In this document: positions 17,602 to 28,166 of the stretch, piece by piece | How the letters are laid out: each line of letters starts with the position of its first letter | Numbering within the stretch: position 1 is the stretch's first letter | Assembly (NCBI GenBank): GCA_035529635.1 | Contig: DATKWJ010000005.1 | Coordinates: 1,424 to 65,423 of the forward strand | DNA from: Patescibacteria group bacterium | Lineage (GTDB): Bacteria; Patescibacteriota; Minisyncoccia; Minisyncoccales; RBG-13-42-11 | Reading direction: 5' to 3' | Length of the DNA stretch: 64,000 bases | Made by a program: the position numbers and the translations under genes | The notes under the pieces: model-generated | What the model was told of the DNA's origin: nothing | Database searches by the model: none | What the model saw: only the letters and a program-made list of their open reading frames with translations

Positions 17602-20600
17602 ATGACTAAAAAATCAAGAATTGTTCTCTTTCTTTTTCTCTTCTGCTTGTTAGGAGGAGGGGTTTTGTATTTTTTCATTGATTCGGAATCCTTAGAAAAA
17701 CCTACCGCCAAAGGAAGAATGTTTGAAATACTTAATACATCAATCAGCCCCAGTGATCAGCTCGAGGACTACGGCACTCTTTATACGGGAGAGGGTGTAA
17801 AAATATGCATAATAGACACTGGGATAGATTATACATCTCTTGGTGTGAATGTTTATGGATACGATTTCGTGAACAACGACAACGATCCGATGGATGACCA
17901 CGGTCACGGCACCCAGGTCGCATACATCATACATTCGGTCGCGCCGAAATCAGAGATAATAATGGTCAAGGTAATGAATTCGGAAGGAATCGGACATGAG
18001 TCGGATGTAATAAAAGGAATTGATTACTGTATTAATGCCGGTGCGAATATAATATCGTTATCCATAGGGGCCGGCCATTTCGACGGCTACTGTGATAGCG
18101 ATCCTGTCGCCGCTAAAGCCAACGAGGCCGTAGATATGGGCATATTCGTCGCGGCCGCGATAGGTGAACCCTTAAAGGTTCCGGCCTGTGCAAGCAATGT
18201 GACAAGGGTAGGATCTATTGATTTTAATGACAACATAGTGCAGTCCAATCCGATGACCGACGTCCTCGGGTTTGGCAAGGATATAAGCACGATTACCCTC
18301 GGCGGTAAAAATGTTTTGGTCTCCGGTACCAGTATGGCGGTTTCGTTCGTAAGCGCGGGGGCAGCTCTACTTTTATCGGAAGAACCGATGTCTCCGCAAC
18401 AGATAAAGGATAGATTTAAATCAACCGCAAAGATCATAGAAACTGACAGCAGAGAATATTATAAGATAAACATACCTGCCGCTTTGGAAGCTTTAGATTT
18501 AAATAAGCCAATGGATTATGAGGCTTCTCAAAGCAACAATAAAGGAGATGGGACATTCAGGGTGCTTGCGGGCCAGGGCGAATCTTGTGGCAGCAGTGGC
18601 GATTGTGCAAGTCCTCTTATCTGCAAGTTCGACTACGACGGTTCCGGCGGCTGGTGCGATGCAGAAAGCTGTGGATGTTGGCATGATGGTGTGGAGTATG
18701 CTTATCTTGCTTGGGGACCGACATGTTTGACGACTGGAGGCGGGGGTACGGCAGGTTCAAGGCCAAGGTGCACCGGAGATTGCATTAGTTGGTCCGGGAC
18801 GCAATGTGGTTACGGTGATTTTAGCTGTTCTTCGGGAGGTTGCCGGAGGGAAAGAGTGGCCAATGCCTGCAGCGGCGGAGCTTGCCAGACTGGCGGTGCT
18901 GGTACAAACTATGAAAACTGTAATTCCGCTGCTGCCTGTGTAGCGGGTGATAATGTTTGCAGAGCCACTTCCATGTGTGGTTATGGTTCGTACGCCTGCG
19001 ATGGGAATTGCCGCAGGAAAAGGATGAAATATCAGTGCAACGGGTTAGGAGGACTGGCAGCCAACTGCATCAGGGAATACAATTGGGAATATAATAACTG
19101 CGCTCAGGGCACTGTGTGTTCGGGTAGTACATGCAGTTCTGGTCTGTGTAGCACCGGCTCGTGGGTATGTGACGGAAACTGCCAGCGGGATAGGGATTCC
19201 TTAAGCTGCGACGGCGGCAACAACTGTACTTATAATGTCCATGAAGATCAGAATTGTGCGGCCGGCACAGCCTGCAGCGGTGGAACCTGCGGCAGCGGGA
19301 CATACTGTGATACAGCAGACCACTGCACGGGCAACACCTATTACAGTAATCGCCAGTGCAACGGGTCAAACTCATGCACATACGATGTAACTGATATCGG
19401 ATGCTGTCAGAGCTCGAAATGTTCGTCTCATTACTATTGTCAGGAATCTAATCACGCCTGTACGTATCTTACGACATGTGCCGAAGCGAATAGCGGCTTC
19501 GGTTATAATCCGCAGGAGTCAAACGAAGATCTTTGGAATGAATGTACCCAAGGCAGTAACACATCGTACGGTTGCAGATCCAATTATTGCAGCGGCAGCA
19601 GTTATGCCTGCGGGGCTCAAACGAGCGGCGATGGCGGTTGTCCGAACTGTTACACGTGCAGCGATCCGGACATTGCTTGCGAATACCATAATGAGGGAAC
19701 GGTTGACGGATGTACCGGAACATACACTTGCTCCGGATTTACAAAGAGATACTGGAATGCCTGCAACGGCACTGGAAGTTGCGCGGATGTTGACAGCGGC
19801 GCAGCCGACTGCTCGGGCACGTGCGCAAGTTATTGTGTCGGAGGCAGCTGTATAAATACCGATACCGACCCAGGAACATGCACCGCCTCCACTAATGCCA
19901 GGGTTTCAAGCGATGGAGATGGACATTGCACCAGCGCAGTTTGTGAATCTGACGGTAGCGCCAACGGCGAGTCATGTATTATTAATGGTGATTGCGCAAG
20001 TAATAATTGTCGTACTGGTTCTGACAGGTCGAATAAATATTGCGCAGCTAATGATAAAGAATGTGGTCAGAGCGGAGGAGATGGCTATGATACTAACGAG
20101 TATGATAATTCTGCCAATGCGAAATGTATTGGTACTGATACCTGGGCTTGTAAAGGTGGTTATTACTATACAAGCAGTTGTATTGTAGCTGATATTGGTT
20201 GGTATTCATTAGATGGTGATGATGAAAGGACACAATGCGCAACCGGTTATTATGGTTCATCAACAACCAATTCAGCAAGCACTTGTGATGATCTTTGTCT
20301 TGCCGGCTATTATGGAAGTTCAACAGGAAATACAACTTCAACTTGCGATGGAGAATGTACAGCTGGCTATTATTGTTTAGCCGGTTCAATATCAGCGACA
20401 GAAAATGAATGCGGATTGGGAAATTATTGTCCTTCCGGTTCGGGAAGCGCCACTCCTTGCGATGTTGATAGTTATTCAGCCGTTACAACTGCAATAAGTT
20501 GTACGGCTTGCCCTTCAGATTCAGATACCAATGGTGTTACTGGTTCAGATTCAGATTTAGATTGTAGTTGCGATGGAGGTTATTATGATGCTACTGGAGA

Positions 20601-22338
20601 TGCTTATGGCAGAGGTTGTATTATTACAGAAGCTGGTTATTATTCAGTTGATAATGATAATACTCATTCTCAATGTACAGCTGGTTATTATTGTTTAGCC
20701 GGTTCAACATCAGCGACAGAAAATGAATGCGGATTGGGAAATTATTGTCCTTCCGGCTCGGGAAGCGCCACTCCTTGTCCGGCAGGGACTTATGGTTCTG
20801 CTACGACTTTGGCAGTTTCAACTTGCGATGGAGAATGTACAGCTGGCTACTACTGTCCGGCTGGTTCAATATCAGCAACAGAGAATGAATGTCCTGTTAA
20901 TAATTATTGTCTTGCTGCTATTGGAAGTCCAACACCTTGCCCGTCAAACTCAAGCACAAATGGCGCAACTGGCCAAGACGAAGAAATTGACTGTCAGTCA
21001 GTGCCAGAACCAATATCACAAGCCATGCCAGGAGGTTATGTTCGTTCTCTAAAGTCGTTGGAGCCGGAAAAACCAATATTAGTTCAAGAAGTAATAGATA
21101 GGATTGGAGAAGAAGTCCAAAGAATTTCAGAAAGAGCCAAAGAGATTGCCAGACTAATATCAAGAGTTTTTCTCCCAATTATGCCTCCAATAGTAGAAGA
21201 AATTAAACCGCCGGAAGTTCCCATTGAAGAATTAGTGTCAAAAGAAGCGCCATTGGTTTTTCAGGGGAAATGGCAGTTATTGCCTTCGGGACCCATCAGA
21301 GAATTTGTTTTATCTCCTCTGCCCAAAGAAATTATAAAGCTGGCGAAAAAATTCCCGGAACTCGGAGAGACCTTGAAAAAAGTCGGCATAACGAAAATCA
21401 CTGACATTGGAAAATTAAAAACCGTTAAATTGATTCTACCGGGATTAAAAGAATCGGAAGAAATGCCAACGGAAATCGTTTTTGCCAAAACCGGCGGCGA
21501 ATTGATAAATCTAAACATCGCTTTGACTATTAATAAAAAAGGCGAGGCAGAACAAAGAATCAGCACAATTTCAGGAAAACCTTTGCAATTAACGATTAAG
21601 CCGGACAAGCCGGCCAAGAGCGTCAAAGGATACGTTGTTTTTAAATCCAAGATGCCTCGGCCGACTTCTTTTCAATTTCCTTTTAACCTTTTAACTGCTT
21701 CTCTGATTTTTGCCAATCCGGTTTTCGCCCAGCCGCAGGAAAATCCGGTCAGGGTTGAGGAAAAATTGGTTTTGCTGGAATTTGAATATACTGGCCCTGA
21801 TGGCGATGGGATTTATACGGCTGAAATTCAGGCGCCGATTGTTGAGGGCGAATACGAAATTATCACGGTAATGGATTTTGAAGACCCGGAATTGGGTAAA
21901 AAGGAAATTCGGCTGATAGCAGTTGTTGACCCGGAAGGGTATATTTATGAAAAAGACGGGGATAAAGAAACCCGCATTCCCGGAGCCATTGTTTCTATCT
22001 ATTGGTTGAATCCTGAAACCAAGCAATACGAACTCTGGGTGGCTAAAGAATATCAGCAGGAAAATCCCCAAACAACCGATGTCAGAGGTACTTACTCGTT
22101 TTTAGTGCCCGAAGGTTCTTATTATCTCAAGGTTGAGGCGCCCGGCTATCTTGTTTATGACGGCAAGCCGTTCCAAGTTAAAGAAGGAAGCGGTGTTAAT
22201 ATTAATATAGAACTCGAAACCAAATACCTGTGGTTGAAAATTGTTGATTGGAAAATTCTTGCCTTGATTTTAGTTATTATTTTATTGTTCTGCAACTTCT
22301 ATCGTGATAAAATAAGAAAGAAATTGTTGAGGAAATAA
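17602..22338 (+). CDS. Giant cell-surface protein: S8 subtilisin-like peptidase, Cys-rich tandem repeats, PEGA domain, C-terminal TM anchor
   Basis: 1578 aa. Catalytic D (IIDTGID), H (HGHGTQ), S (GTSMAVS). About 700 aa of CxxGxC-type repeats. PEGA-like RGTYSFLVPEGSYYLKVEAPGY. Terminal helix LALILVIILLFC. Confidence 0.85.
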   Translation: MTKKSRIVLFLFLFCLLGGGVLYFFIDSESLEKPTAKGRMFEILNTSISPSDQLEDYGTLYTGEGVKICIIDTGIDYTSLGVNVYGYDFVNNDNDPMDDHGHGTQVAYIIHSVAPKSEIIMVKVMNSEGIGHESDVIKGIDYCINAGANIISLSIGAGHFDGYCDSDPVAAKANEAVDMGIFVAAAIGEPLKVPACASNVTRVGSIDFNDNIVQSNPMTDVLGFGKDISTITLGGKNVLVSGTSMAVSFVSAGAALLLSEEPMSPQQIKDRFKSTAKIIETDSREYYKINIPAALEALDLNKPMDYEASQSNNKGDGTFRVLAGQGESCGSSGDCASPLICKFDYDGSGGWCDAESCGCWHDGVEYAYLAWGPTCLTTGGGGTAGSRPRCTGDCISWSGTQCGYGDFSCSSGGCRRERVANACSGGACQTGGAGTNYENCNSAAACVAGDNVCRATSMCGYGSYACDGNCRRKRMKYQCNGLGGLAANCIREYNWEYNNCAQGTVCSGSTCSSGLCSTGSWVCDGNCQRDRDSLSCDGGNNCTYNVHEDQNCAAGTACSGGTCGSGTYCDTADHCTGNTYYSNRQCNGSNSCTYDVTDIGCCQSSKCSSHYYCQESNHACTYLTTCAEANSGFGYNPQESNEDLWNECTQGSNTSYGCRSNYCSGSSYACGAQTSGDGGCPNCYTCSDPDIACEYHNEGTVDGCTGTYTCSGFTKRYWNACNGTGSCADVDSGAADCSGTCASYCVGGSCINTDTDPGTCTASTNARVSSDGDGHCTSAVCESDGSANGESCIINGDCASNNCRTGSDRSNKYCAANDKECGQSGGDGYDTNEYDNSANAKCIGTDTWACKGGYYYTSSCIVADIGWYSLDGDDERTQCATGYYGSSTTNSASTCDDLCLAGYYGSSTGNTTSTCDGECTAGYYCLAGSISATENECGLGNYCPSGSGSATPCDVDSYSAVTTAISCTACPSDSDTNGVTGSDSDLDCSCDGGYYDATGDAYGRGCIITEAGYYSVDNDNTHSQCTAGYYCLAGSTSATENECGLGNYCPSGSGSATPCPAGTYGSATTLAVSTCDGECTAGYYCPAGSISATENECPVNNYCLAAIGSPTPCPSNSSTNGATGQDEEIDCQSVPEPISQAMPGGYVRSLKSLEPEKPILVQEVIDRIGEEVQRISERAKEIARLISRVFLPIMPPIVEEIKPPEVPIEELVSKEAPLVFQGKWQLLPSGPIREFVLSPLPKEIIKLAKKFPELGETLKKVGITKITDIGKLKTVKLILPGLKESEEMPTEIVFAKTGGELINLNIALTINKKGEAEQRISTISGKPLQLTIKPDKPAKSVKGYVVFKSKMPRPTSFQFPFNLLTASLIFANPVFAQPQENPVRVEEKLVLLEFEYTGPDGDGIYTAEIQAPIVEGEYEIITVMDFEDPELGKKEIRLIAVVDPEGYIYEKDGDKETRIPGAIVSIYWLNPETKQYELWVAKEYQQENPQTTDVRGTYSFLVPEGSYYLKVEAPGYLVYDGKPFQVKEGSGVNINIELETKYLWLKIVDWKILALILVIILLFCNFYRDKIRKKLLRK
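20323..20895 (+). repeat. Intragenic near-identical tandem repeats (about 105-nt core x2 plus a partial third copy)
   Basis: 20356-20460 and 20672-20776 differ only by four C/T transitions. A third copy at 20821-20895. Encodes TCDGECTAGYYCLAGSISATENECGLGNYCPSGSGSATPC. Confidence 0.85.
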
Positions 22339-22344
22339 AAAATT

Positions 22345-22710
22345 ATGATTAATCAAAAAATAATTTTAACACTAGTTATCCTAATTCTGCTTGCCGCCAA
22401 TGTTTTTTTCGGCGTTAAATATTTTGCCTCGCAAAAAGAGATTCAGCAAATCCAGCCGGCTTTAGAAACTCAAAAGACCAATGAAAAAGTTTTGGATTTT
22501 ACCAAACTTTTTATTGAACAGGTGCTAAAAGCGGAGACCGAAGTTGATTTTGAAACAAGATTGAAGTTAGAAAACGCGGTCAGAAATTTAGGCGACGAGG
22601 AAATTTTAGCCCAATGGCAGAAATTCACCGAAAGCAAAACCGAAATTGAAGCTCAAGAAGAAGTTAAAAATTTGTTAGAGATGCTGGTAGGCAAGATTAA
22701 AGTGCAGTAA
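22345..22710 (+). CDS. Hypothetical N-terminally anchored protein
   Basis: 121 aa with a single N-terminal TM helix then a helical region. 7 nt after the giant gene's stop. Confidence 0.5.
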   Translation: MINQKIILTLVILILLAANVFFGVKYFASQKEIQQIQPALETQKTNEKVLDFTKLFIEQVLKAETEVDFETRLKLENAVRNLGDEEILAQWQKFTESKTEIEAQEEVKNLLEMLVGKIKVQ

Positions 22711-22721
22711 TTGCGATAAAC

Positions 22722-22749
22722 AAAAACCCGCCTCAAGGGCGGTTTTTTG
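22722..22749 (+). terminator. Rho-independent terminator
   Basis: aaaaacccgcc-tcaa-gggcggttttttg. Confidence 0.65.
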
Positions 22750-22776
22750 TTTGGCTTGGTCAGGGATGGTAGTAAT

Positions 22777-22807
22777 TAAAAAACGACGCATTTCTGCGTC
22801 GTTTTTG
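22777..22807 (-). terminator. Rho-independent terminator for 22822..23943(-)
   Basis: aaaaaacgacgca-tttc-tgcgtcgttttt. Bidirectional. Confidence 0.6.
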
Positions 22808-22821
22808 AATGTCAGAATGAT

Positions 22822-23943
22822 TTAGAATGACAAAGTCAGTCTGGCATCCCAGCGTTCTCTTCTTTTAGCCCAGTTATAGTAGGGCGTAAGAGAGGCTTTG
22901 TTGAAAAAGTTATTTTTTCCGAGCCACTGGCCGAATTTGATGTCTAAGCCAGTAAAAAGCTCCGTGAATCCGGTTCCTCCTTTAATATGAAGTTCCTCAA
23001 AACTCGGCTGAAGCCAGGCAGGCAAGCCCGGGATTTTGAACTTTTGAATATGTCTTGAAGAGGTAATTCTCCGCTGAGTAGGTCCATAAGCGAGCCAGTT
23101 GGCGGAAAACAGAGATAATTCCTTCCGCTGCCATGAAAAATTGAATATCACCTTTACGGCTCCGATCTTCCCGTCATCTTTCCAGTTGAACTGGGGTCCG
23201 GCAATAAAGGTAGTATTCAGTCCTTCCAGGGGGGAGAATTTGATTCCCGGTCCAAGCAACGAAGTGTTGGAACTTCCGTCAGCCGCCACTCGGTTCTGTT
23301 CCAGAAGGACGAATCTTCCTTGTGAAACTGTGAAAGAGCTTTGGCGATCTCCCTGTCTGTCAGTAAAAACAGTTGCCTGGACGTTCGGCGTTTGCGGACG
23401 AGCTGGAGTAGCGATTATGGAAACGGCCAGAGTACTGGCAGCAGCAACGCGGACAGCCGGCTTAGCTGTTTCAGCTATTTTTTGCGCCTGTTCATCGGCT
23501 TGTCGGGAAAGCGCTGATACTTTGTTTTCCGTCCACTCATTGACGGTTTCCACATGTATGCCGGGACGCTCCGACATTGTTCTCTGCCAGTAGTTATTAG
23601 AGAAAATCCGTTTGTACGAGTTTTGGTAGGGATCGCGGAAAATGAAGAGAATAGCGATAACTGGCCAGAGGAGAAGTTCGATAAAAATTTCACAATTTTT
23701 AAGACCGAAGGTAATCTCCTGTGCCAGCGAACTTTTGCCGCTTTTCACTACCGAGGCGGTTTTTACCGCCAGAGTAATGATACCGAGAATCAAATAGATG
23801 ATAGCTCCGTTCCTGACTTGATATCCGGGATAACAAAAGATGAAGCCGGCCCAAAAGGCATAGATGATAAAAACGGCTAGTCCTGCGTTTTCTCTTGAAT
23901 CAGAACAGAGACCTGCGTAGAGATCCGTGTTGTGGTACGACAT
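22822..23943 (-). CDS. Hypothetical membrane protein with C-terminal beta-rich domain ending ...LTLSF
   Basis: 373 aa. About 3 N-terminal TM helices. C-terminal 200 aa with alternating hydrophobic strands and a terminal Phe. Confidence 0.55.
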   Translation of the reverse strand: MSYHNTDLYAGLCSDSRENAGLAVFIIYAFWAGFIFCYPGYQVRNGAIIYLILGIITLAVKTASVVKSGKSSLAQEITFGLKNCEIFIELLLWPVIAILFIFRDPYQNSYKRIFSNNYWQRTMSERPGIHVETVNEWTENKVSALSRQADEQAQKIAETAKPAVRVAAASTLAVSIIATPARPQTPNVQATVFTDRQGDRQSSFTVSQGRFVLLEQNRVAADGSSNTSLLGPGIKFSPLEGLNTTFIAGPQFNWKDDGKIGAVKVIFNFSWQRKELSLFSANWLAYGPTQRRITSSRHIQKFKIPGLPAWLQPSFEELHIKGGTGFTELFTGLDIKFGQWLGKNNFFNKASLTPYYNWAKRRERWDARLTLSF

Positions 23944-24025
23944 GAAACCCTCCTTTGTTGGTTTTTTCGGTTCTCTCTTGTTTATCTATTATTTATGTAT
24001 ATTTATTGTCAAAGGACATAAATAA

Positions 24026-24053
24026 ATTATATCATTTTCCTAAAAAAAGTCAA
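24026..24053 (-). promoter_or_regulatory. Sigma70-like promoter (minus strand) TTGACT-N16-TATAAT for 22822..23943
   Basis: Reverse-complement -35 at 24048-24053 and -10 at 24026-24031. Confidence 0.4.
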
Positions 24054-24076
24054 TATCTGTTGAAAAACAAGGATAT

Positions 24077-24105
24077 CAAAAAACCGCCCTTGAGGCGGAT
24101 TTTTG
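24077..24105 (-). terminator. Rho-independent terminator of the rpmB-tRNA transcript
   Basis: Same hairpin as 17435 (ccgccc-ttga-gggcgg). T-run on the minus strand. Confidence 0.6.
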
Positions 24106-24115
24106 TTTGGGTTAG

Positions 24116-24186
24116 TCGGGGTGCCGGGAATCGGACCCGGTTCTTACCCACCCCAAGGGCAAATACTACCATTATACTACACCCCG
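24116..24186 (-). tRNA. tRNA-Pro (anticodon GGG) with non-canonical T-loop
   Basis: Acceptor CGGGGTG/CACCCCG. Anticodon stem TGCCC/GGGTA. Loop TTGGGGT. T-stem CCGGG/CCCGG. CCA not encoded. Confidence 0.55.
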
Positions 24187-24189
24187 GAT

Positions 24190-24378
24190 CTATTTTCTTT
24201 TAGAAGACGTTTTGATGCATTTGGTGCAGGCCTTGACTCTTTTGCCGGAAGGCAAGCGCAGCCATTGCAAATTGGGGTATTTTCTTGATTTTTTGGTCGG
24301 ATTGTATTTCCCTCTGAGCTTTTTAAGCTTCCAAACCATGGTTGAGGTTTTTCCGCAGATTGCGCATTTTGTTGCCAT
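24190..24378 (-). CDS. rpmB: 50S ribosomal protein L28
   Basis: CAICGK...KYNPTKKSRKYPNLQW. GGAG Shine-Dalgarno 5 nt upstream of the second ATG (MATK). Confidence 0.8.
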   Translation of the reverse strand: MATKCAICGKTSTMVWKLKKLRGKYNPTKKSRKYPNLQWLRLPSGKRVKACTKCIKTSSKRK

Positions 24379-24457
24379 ATGCTCCATCTTAATTTTTTTT
24401 TAAAGATTTGGCAAGGGTTCTATATATGTTAAGATAATATCATGTAAATATTTTTTT

Positions 24458-25084
24458 ATGGAAATTTTATTTTTCATTTTTGTTTTGATCTTTTCCATTG
24501 TCATTCATGAGTTTTCTCACGGAGCAGTGGCCAATATGCTGGGCGATCCGACCGCCAAACTGGCCGGCCGGCTTACTTTGAATCCGTTGAAACATTTGGA
24601 TCCGATCGGTTCGGTTGTTCTACCTGTTTTAATGATCCTTACTACGGGAACGGGCATCGGCTGGGCCAAACCGGTTCCCGTCAATCCTTTCAATTTCCGT
24701 GACCAGAAATACGGTTCTTTGAAAGTCGCTCTGGCCGGTCCGGCTGCCAATCTGACGGTCGCTTTGTTTTTGGGACTGTTTCTCCGCCTGCTGTTTTTTT
24801 TCGGAGTGGCTTCTCCTGTTCTTTTTTCCGCTTTATCCTTTATTATTTTCGTCAACATTCTGCTGGCTATGTTCAATCTGACTCCTGTCCCTCCTTTGGA
24901 CGGTTCGCACATTCTTTTCGCTCTTTTGCCGGATTCCCTGCGGGAAATAAAAATATTTCTCAGCCAGTTCGGTTTTTTTATCCTGATTTTTTTAATTTTC
25001 TTTTTCCCGCCTTTTTTAAGAATCATAATTTATCTGGTTGAAAACATTTTTATTCTTTTCGCGGGTACGCCGCCACCTTTATAA
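24458..25084 (+). CDS. Site-2 protease family (peptidase M50, SpoIVFB-like) membrane metalloprotease
   Basis: HEFSHG (HExxH) in TM1 and a distal LDGSH motif. 208 aa, polytopic. Confidence 0.75.
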   Translation: MEILFFIFVLIFSIVIHEFSHGAVANMLGDPTAKLAGRLTLNPLKHLDPIGSVVLPVLMILTTGTGIGWAKPVPVNPFNFRDQKYGSLKVALAGPAANLTVALFLGLFLRLLFFFGVASPVLFSALSFIIFVNILLAMFNLTPVPPLDGSHILFALLPDSLREIKIFLSQFGFFILIFLIFFFPPFLRIIIYLVENIFILFAGTPPPL

Positions 25085-25097
25085 ACCCTCAATTTTA

Positions 25098-25126
25098 TTG
25101 ACAATGATTGAATTGTCTGATAAATT
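25098..25126 (+). promoter_or_regulatory. Sigma70-like promoter TTGACA-N17-TAAATT for the str operon
   Basis: -35 at 25098-25103 and -10 at 25121-25126. 18 nt upstream of the rpsL ATG. Confidence 0.45.
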
Positions 25127-25144
25127 AGATGATTATTTAAAATT

Positions 25145-25558
25145 ATGTGTCCTACAATACACCAATTGATAAAAAAAGGCAGAGGCAAAGCCAAAAAGCG
25201 CACTAAAGCGCCTGCTTTGTCTTTCAGTTTCAACGTTTTGAAAAACCGGCCGAAGAAATCTTTTTCTCCGTTCAAGAGAGGGGTTTGTTTGAAAGTTTTC
25301 ACCGTTACTCCCAAAAAACCGAACTCCGCTTTGAGAAAAGTGGCCAGGGTAAGATTGACCAACGGTATGGAGGTTACGGCTTATATTCCCGGCGAAGGCC
25401 ATAATTTGCAGGAACACTCGGTGGTTTTGCTCAGGGGAGGCAGGGTCAAGGATCTGCCGGGAGTAAGATACCATTTAGTCAGAGGTACTTTGGATACAGG
25501 AGGCGTTGAAGGGCGCAAAAAGAAAAGAAGCAAATACGGAACAAAAAGGCAAAAATAA
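25145..25558 (+). CDS. rpsL: 30S ribosomal protein S12
   Basis: [11 protein letters not shown]...[19 protein letters not shown]. Confidence 0.9.
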   Translation: MCPTIHQLIKKGRGKAKKRTKAPALSFSFNVLKNRPKKSFSPFKRGVCLKVFTVTPKKPNSALRKVARVRLTNGMEVTAYIPGEGHNLQEHSVVLLRGGRVKDLPGVRYHLVRGTLDTGGVEGRKKKRSKYGTKRQK

Positions 25559-25573
25559 TTTTGAATTTATTTT

Positions 25574-26041
25574 ATGGCTCGTCAGAAAAAAAACAAAAGA
25601 ATTATTGAACCGGACGGCGTTTATAACAACGTGACGGTTGCCAAACTGATCAATCAGATAATGAGATGCGGCAAAAAAAATGCAGCCAGAAAAATCGTTT
25701 ACGGCGCTTTTGATATTATCAAAGAAAAAACGAAAAAAGATCCTTTGGAAACTTTTGACAAAGCCATCAGAAACGCCTCTCCCTTATTGGAAATAAAAGC
25801 CAAAAGAGTCGGCGGAGCCACTTATCAGGTGCCTCGCGAAGTGCGGGGCGACAGGATGCTGACTTTGGCCATGCGCTGGATAATCGAAGGAGCCAAAGCT
25901 AAAAAAGGCAAGCCGATGAGAGAGAAACTGGCCGAAGAATTGATTTTGGCTTCCAACAACGAAGGAACAGCGGTCAAGAAAAAAGAGAATACTCACCGCA
26001 TGGCTGAAGCGAACAGGGCTTTCGCCCATTTTTCTTGGTAA
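25574..26041 (+). CDS. rpsG: 30S ribosomal protein S7
   Basis: Conserved S7 sequence. Position after rpsL. Confidence 0.9.
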   Translation: MARQKKNKRIIEPDGVYNNVTVAKLINQIMRCGKKNAARKIVYGAFDIIKEKTKKDPLETFDKAIRNASPLLEIKAKRVGGATYQVPREVRGDRMLTLAMRWIIEGAKAKKGKPMREKLAEELILASNNEGTAVKKKENTHRMAEANRAFAHFSW

Positions 26042-26045
26042 AATT

Positions 26046-28148
26046 ATGAGACAATATCCTATTGAAAAATACCGCGATATCGGCATTATTGCCCATATTG
26101 ACGCCGGCAAAACGACCGTTTCCGAACGGATACTTTTTTATACCGGCATCTCCCATAAAATCGGCGAAGTTCACGACGGCAAAGCCATTATGGACTGGAT
26201 GGTTCAGGAGAGAGAAAGAGGTATTACTATCACTTCGGCTGCCACCACTTGTTTCTGGACTTTGCTTGATTCACCTAAAGAAAAAGAATTCGAACACAGG
26301 ATAAATATCATCGACACTCCGGGGCATATCGATTTCACTGTTGAAGTCCAAAGGTCTTTGAGAGTTTTGGACGGAGCGGTGGTGATTTTTGACGGCGTTT
26401 CCGGAGTGGAACCGCAATCTGAGACTGTCTGGCGGCAGGCTGACAAATTTCACGTTCCCCGCATCTGTTTTATAAACAAATTGGACAGAATGGGCGCTTC
26501 TTTCGAAAAAAGCCTGGAATCTATTTGGAAAAAATTGTCTCCTTCGGCCGTAGCTCTTCAACTGCCTATGGGAGAAGAAGAAAACCTTGAAGGAATAATC
26601 GATTTATTGGAGATGAAAGCTTTGAAATTCAAAGGAAGTTTCGGCGAAGTCGTTAAGAAAGAAGAAATTCCCCAGGATCTTTTGGCCAAAGCCAAAGAAT
26701 GGAGAAAAAAGCTGGTTGAAAAAGTGGCTGGAGAAGATGAAATTTTATTGGAGAAATATCTGGCCGGCCAGGAAATTTCAGTTGAAGAATTGAGAAAAAC
26801 TTTAAGGCAGGCAACTATTGATTATAAACTTATTCCGGTTTTCTGCGGTTCGGCTTTGAAGAATAAAGGAGTCCAGCCTTTGCTTGACGGCGTGGTTTAT
26901 TATCTGCCCAATCCGACGGAACTTCCTCCAGTTAAAGGCATAGATCCCAAAACCGGCGAAACCGTCGAAAGAAAACCTTTGGACAACGAATCCTTTTGCG
27001 CTTTGGCTTTTAAAATCGCCACTGACCCTTATGTCGGAACTCTGGCTTTTTTCAGAATTTATTCCGGTTTTTTGAAGCGGGGTTCTTACGTTTTAAATAC
27101 GACTACCGGAGAAAAAGAAAGAATCGGCAGAATTTTGAGGATGCATGCTCAAGAACGGGAAGAAGTGGAAGAGGTCTATACCGGTGACATAGCCGCCACC
27201 GTGGGATTGAAAAACACTTCCACCGGCCAGACCCTTTGCGATGAAAATCAGCCGATCGTGCTTGAAAAAATCATTTTCCCTGAACCTGTTATTTCAATCA
27301 GGATCGAACCTAAGACGAAAGCTGATCAGGAAAAAATAGGCGTAGCCTTGAAACGGCTAATGGACGAAGACCCGACTTTCCGAGTCAAAGGAGATTTGGA
27401 AACCGGCGAAACGATTATTTCTGGCATGGGCGAATTACACTTGGATATCATTAACGACAGGTTGAGAAGGGAATTCAAAATAGAAGCCAATGTCGGCCGG
27501 CCTCAGGTCGCTTACAAAGAAACCATCAAAGAAACAGCTGAAGCCGAAGGAAAGTACATCAAGCAGTCCGGCGGCCGTGGGCAATACGGCCATGTTTTCC
27601 TGAGAGCCGAGCCGAAAGAGAGAAGTGCCGGCTTTGAATTTATCAACGAAATCAAAGGCGGAATCATTCCCAAAGAATTCATTCCGGCTGTGGGCAAAGG
27701 CGTCAAAGAAGCGGCCGACAAAGGAATTTTGGCCGGCTATCCCATGGTTGATTTGGCTGTCACTCTTTATGACGGTTCTTTCCATGAAGTTGATTCTTCG
27801 GAAATGGCTTTTAAAATAGCCGGCAGCATGGCTTTTCAGACAGTCGCCAAAAAAGCAAAACCGATTTTATTGGAGCCGATTATGAAATTGGAAGTCGTTA
27901 TCCCTATGGAATTTTTCGGCGACGTCATTGGAGATCTTTCGGCCAGAAGAGGCAGGATTGAAGAGACGAACGACAGATTGCAAATGAAGGTAATCGATGC
28001 TAAAGTGCCTTTGGCGGAAATGTTCGGTTACGCGACTTCGCTCCGTTCATTGACAGAAGGCAGAGGAACGTTTACTATGGAATTTGACCGGTACGAAGAA
28101 GTTCCCAATAATATAGCCCAGGAAATTATTGACGGGAAAAGAAAATAA
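26046..28148 (+). CDS. fusA: Elongation factor G
   Basis: [20 protein letters not shown], 700 aa. Confidence 0.95.
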   Translation: MRQYPIEKYRDIGIIAHIDAGKTTVSERILFYTGISHKIGEVHDGKAIMDWMVQERERGITITSAATTCFWTLLDSPKEKEFEHRINIIDTPGHIDFTVEVQRSLRVLDGAVVIFDGVSGVEPQSETVWRQADKFHVPRICFINKLDRMGASFEKSLESIWKKLSPSAVALQLPMGEEENLEGIIDLLEMKALKFKGSFGEVVKKEEIPQDLLAKAKEWRKKLVEKVAGEDEILLEKYLAGQEISVEELRKTLRQATIDYKLIPVFCGSALKNKGVQPLLDGVVYYLPNPTELPPVKGIDPKTGETVERKPLDNESFCALAFKIATDPYVGTLAFFRIYSGFLKRGSYVLNTTTGEKERIGRILRMHAQEREEVEEVYTGDIAATVGLKNTSTGQTLCDENQPIVLEKIIFPEPVISIRIEPKTKADQEKIGVALKRLMDEDPTFRVKGDLETGETIISGMGELHLDIINDRLRREFKIEANVGRPQVAYKETIKETAEAEGKYIKQSGGRGQYGHVFLRAEPKERSAGFEFINEIKGGIIPKEFIPAVGKGVKEAADKGILAGYPMVDLAVTLYDGSFHEVDSSEMAFKIAGSMAFQTVAKKAKPILLEPIMKLEVVIPMEFFGDVIGDLSARRGRIEETNDRLQMKVIDAKVPLAEMFGYATSLRSLTEGRGTFTMEFDRYEEVPNNIAQEIIDGKRK

Positions 28149-28166
28149 GGCCAGGGGGCTTATCAG

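Noticed and set aside
20323-20895. Diversity-generating retroelement (template/variable repeat) hypothesis for the near-identical repeats in the giant gene
   Set aside because: Differences between copies are C/T transitions, not adenine-specific substitutions. Both copies are in-frame parts of the same ORF, and no reverse transcriptase ORF exists in the window.
23955-24288. Plus-strand ORFs 23955..24203 and 24103..24288
   Set aside because: They overlap the minus-strand tRNA-Pro, its terminator and the promoter region, and are AT-rich junk translations.
24407-24445. Possible promoter TTGGCA...GATAAT for the M50 protease gene
   Set aside because: Spacer lengths of 7 or 19 nt do not fit, so it was not reported as a feature.
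25030-25474. Minus-strand ORFs overlapping rpsL and its promoter
   Set aside because: They are antisense to the conserved S12 gene.
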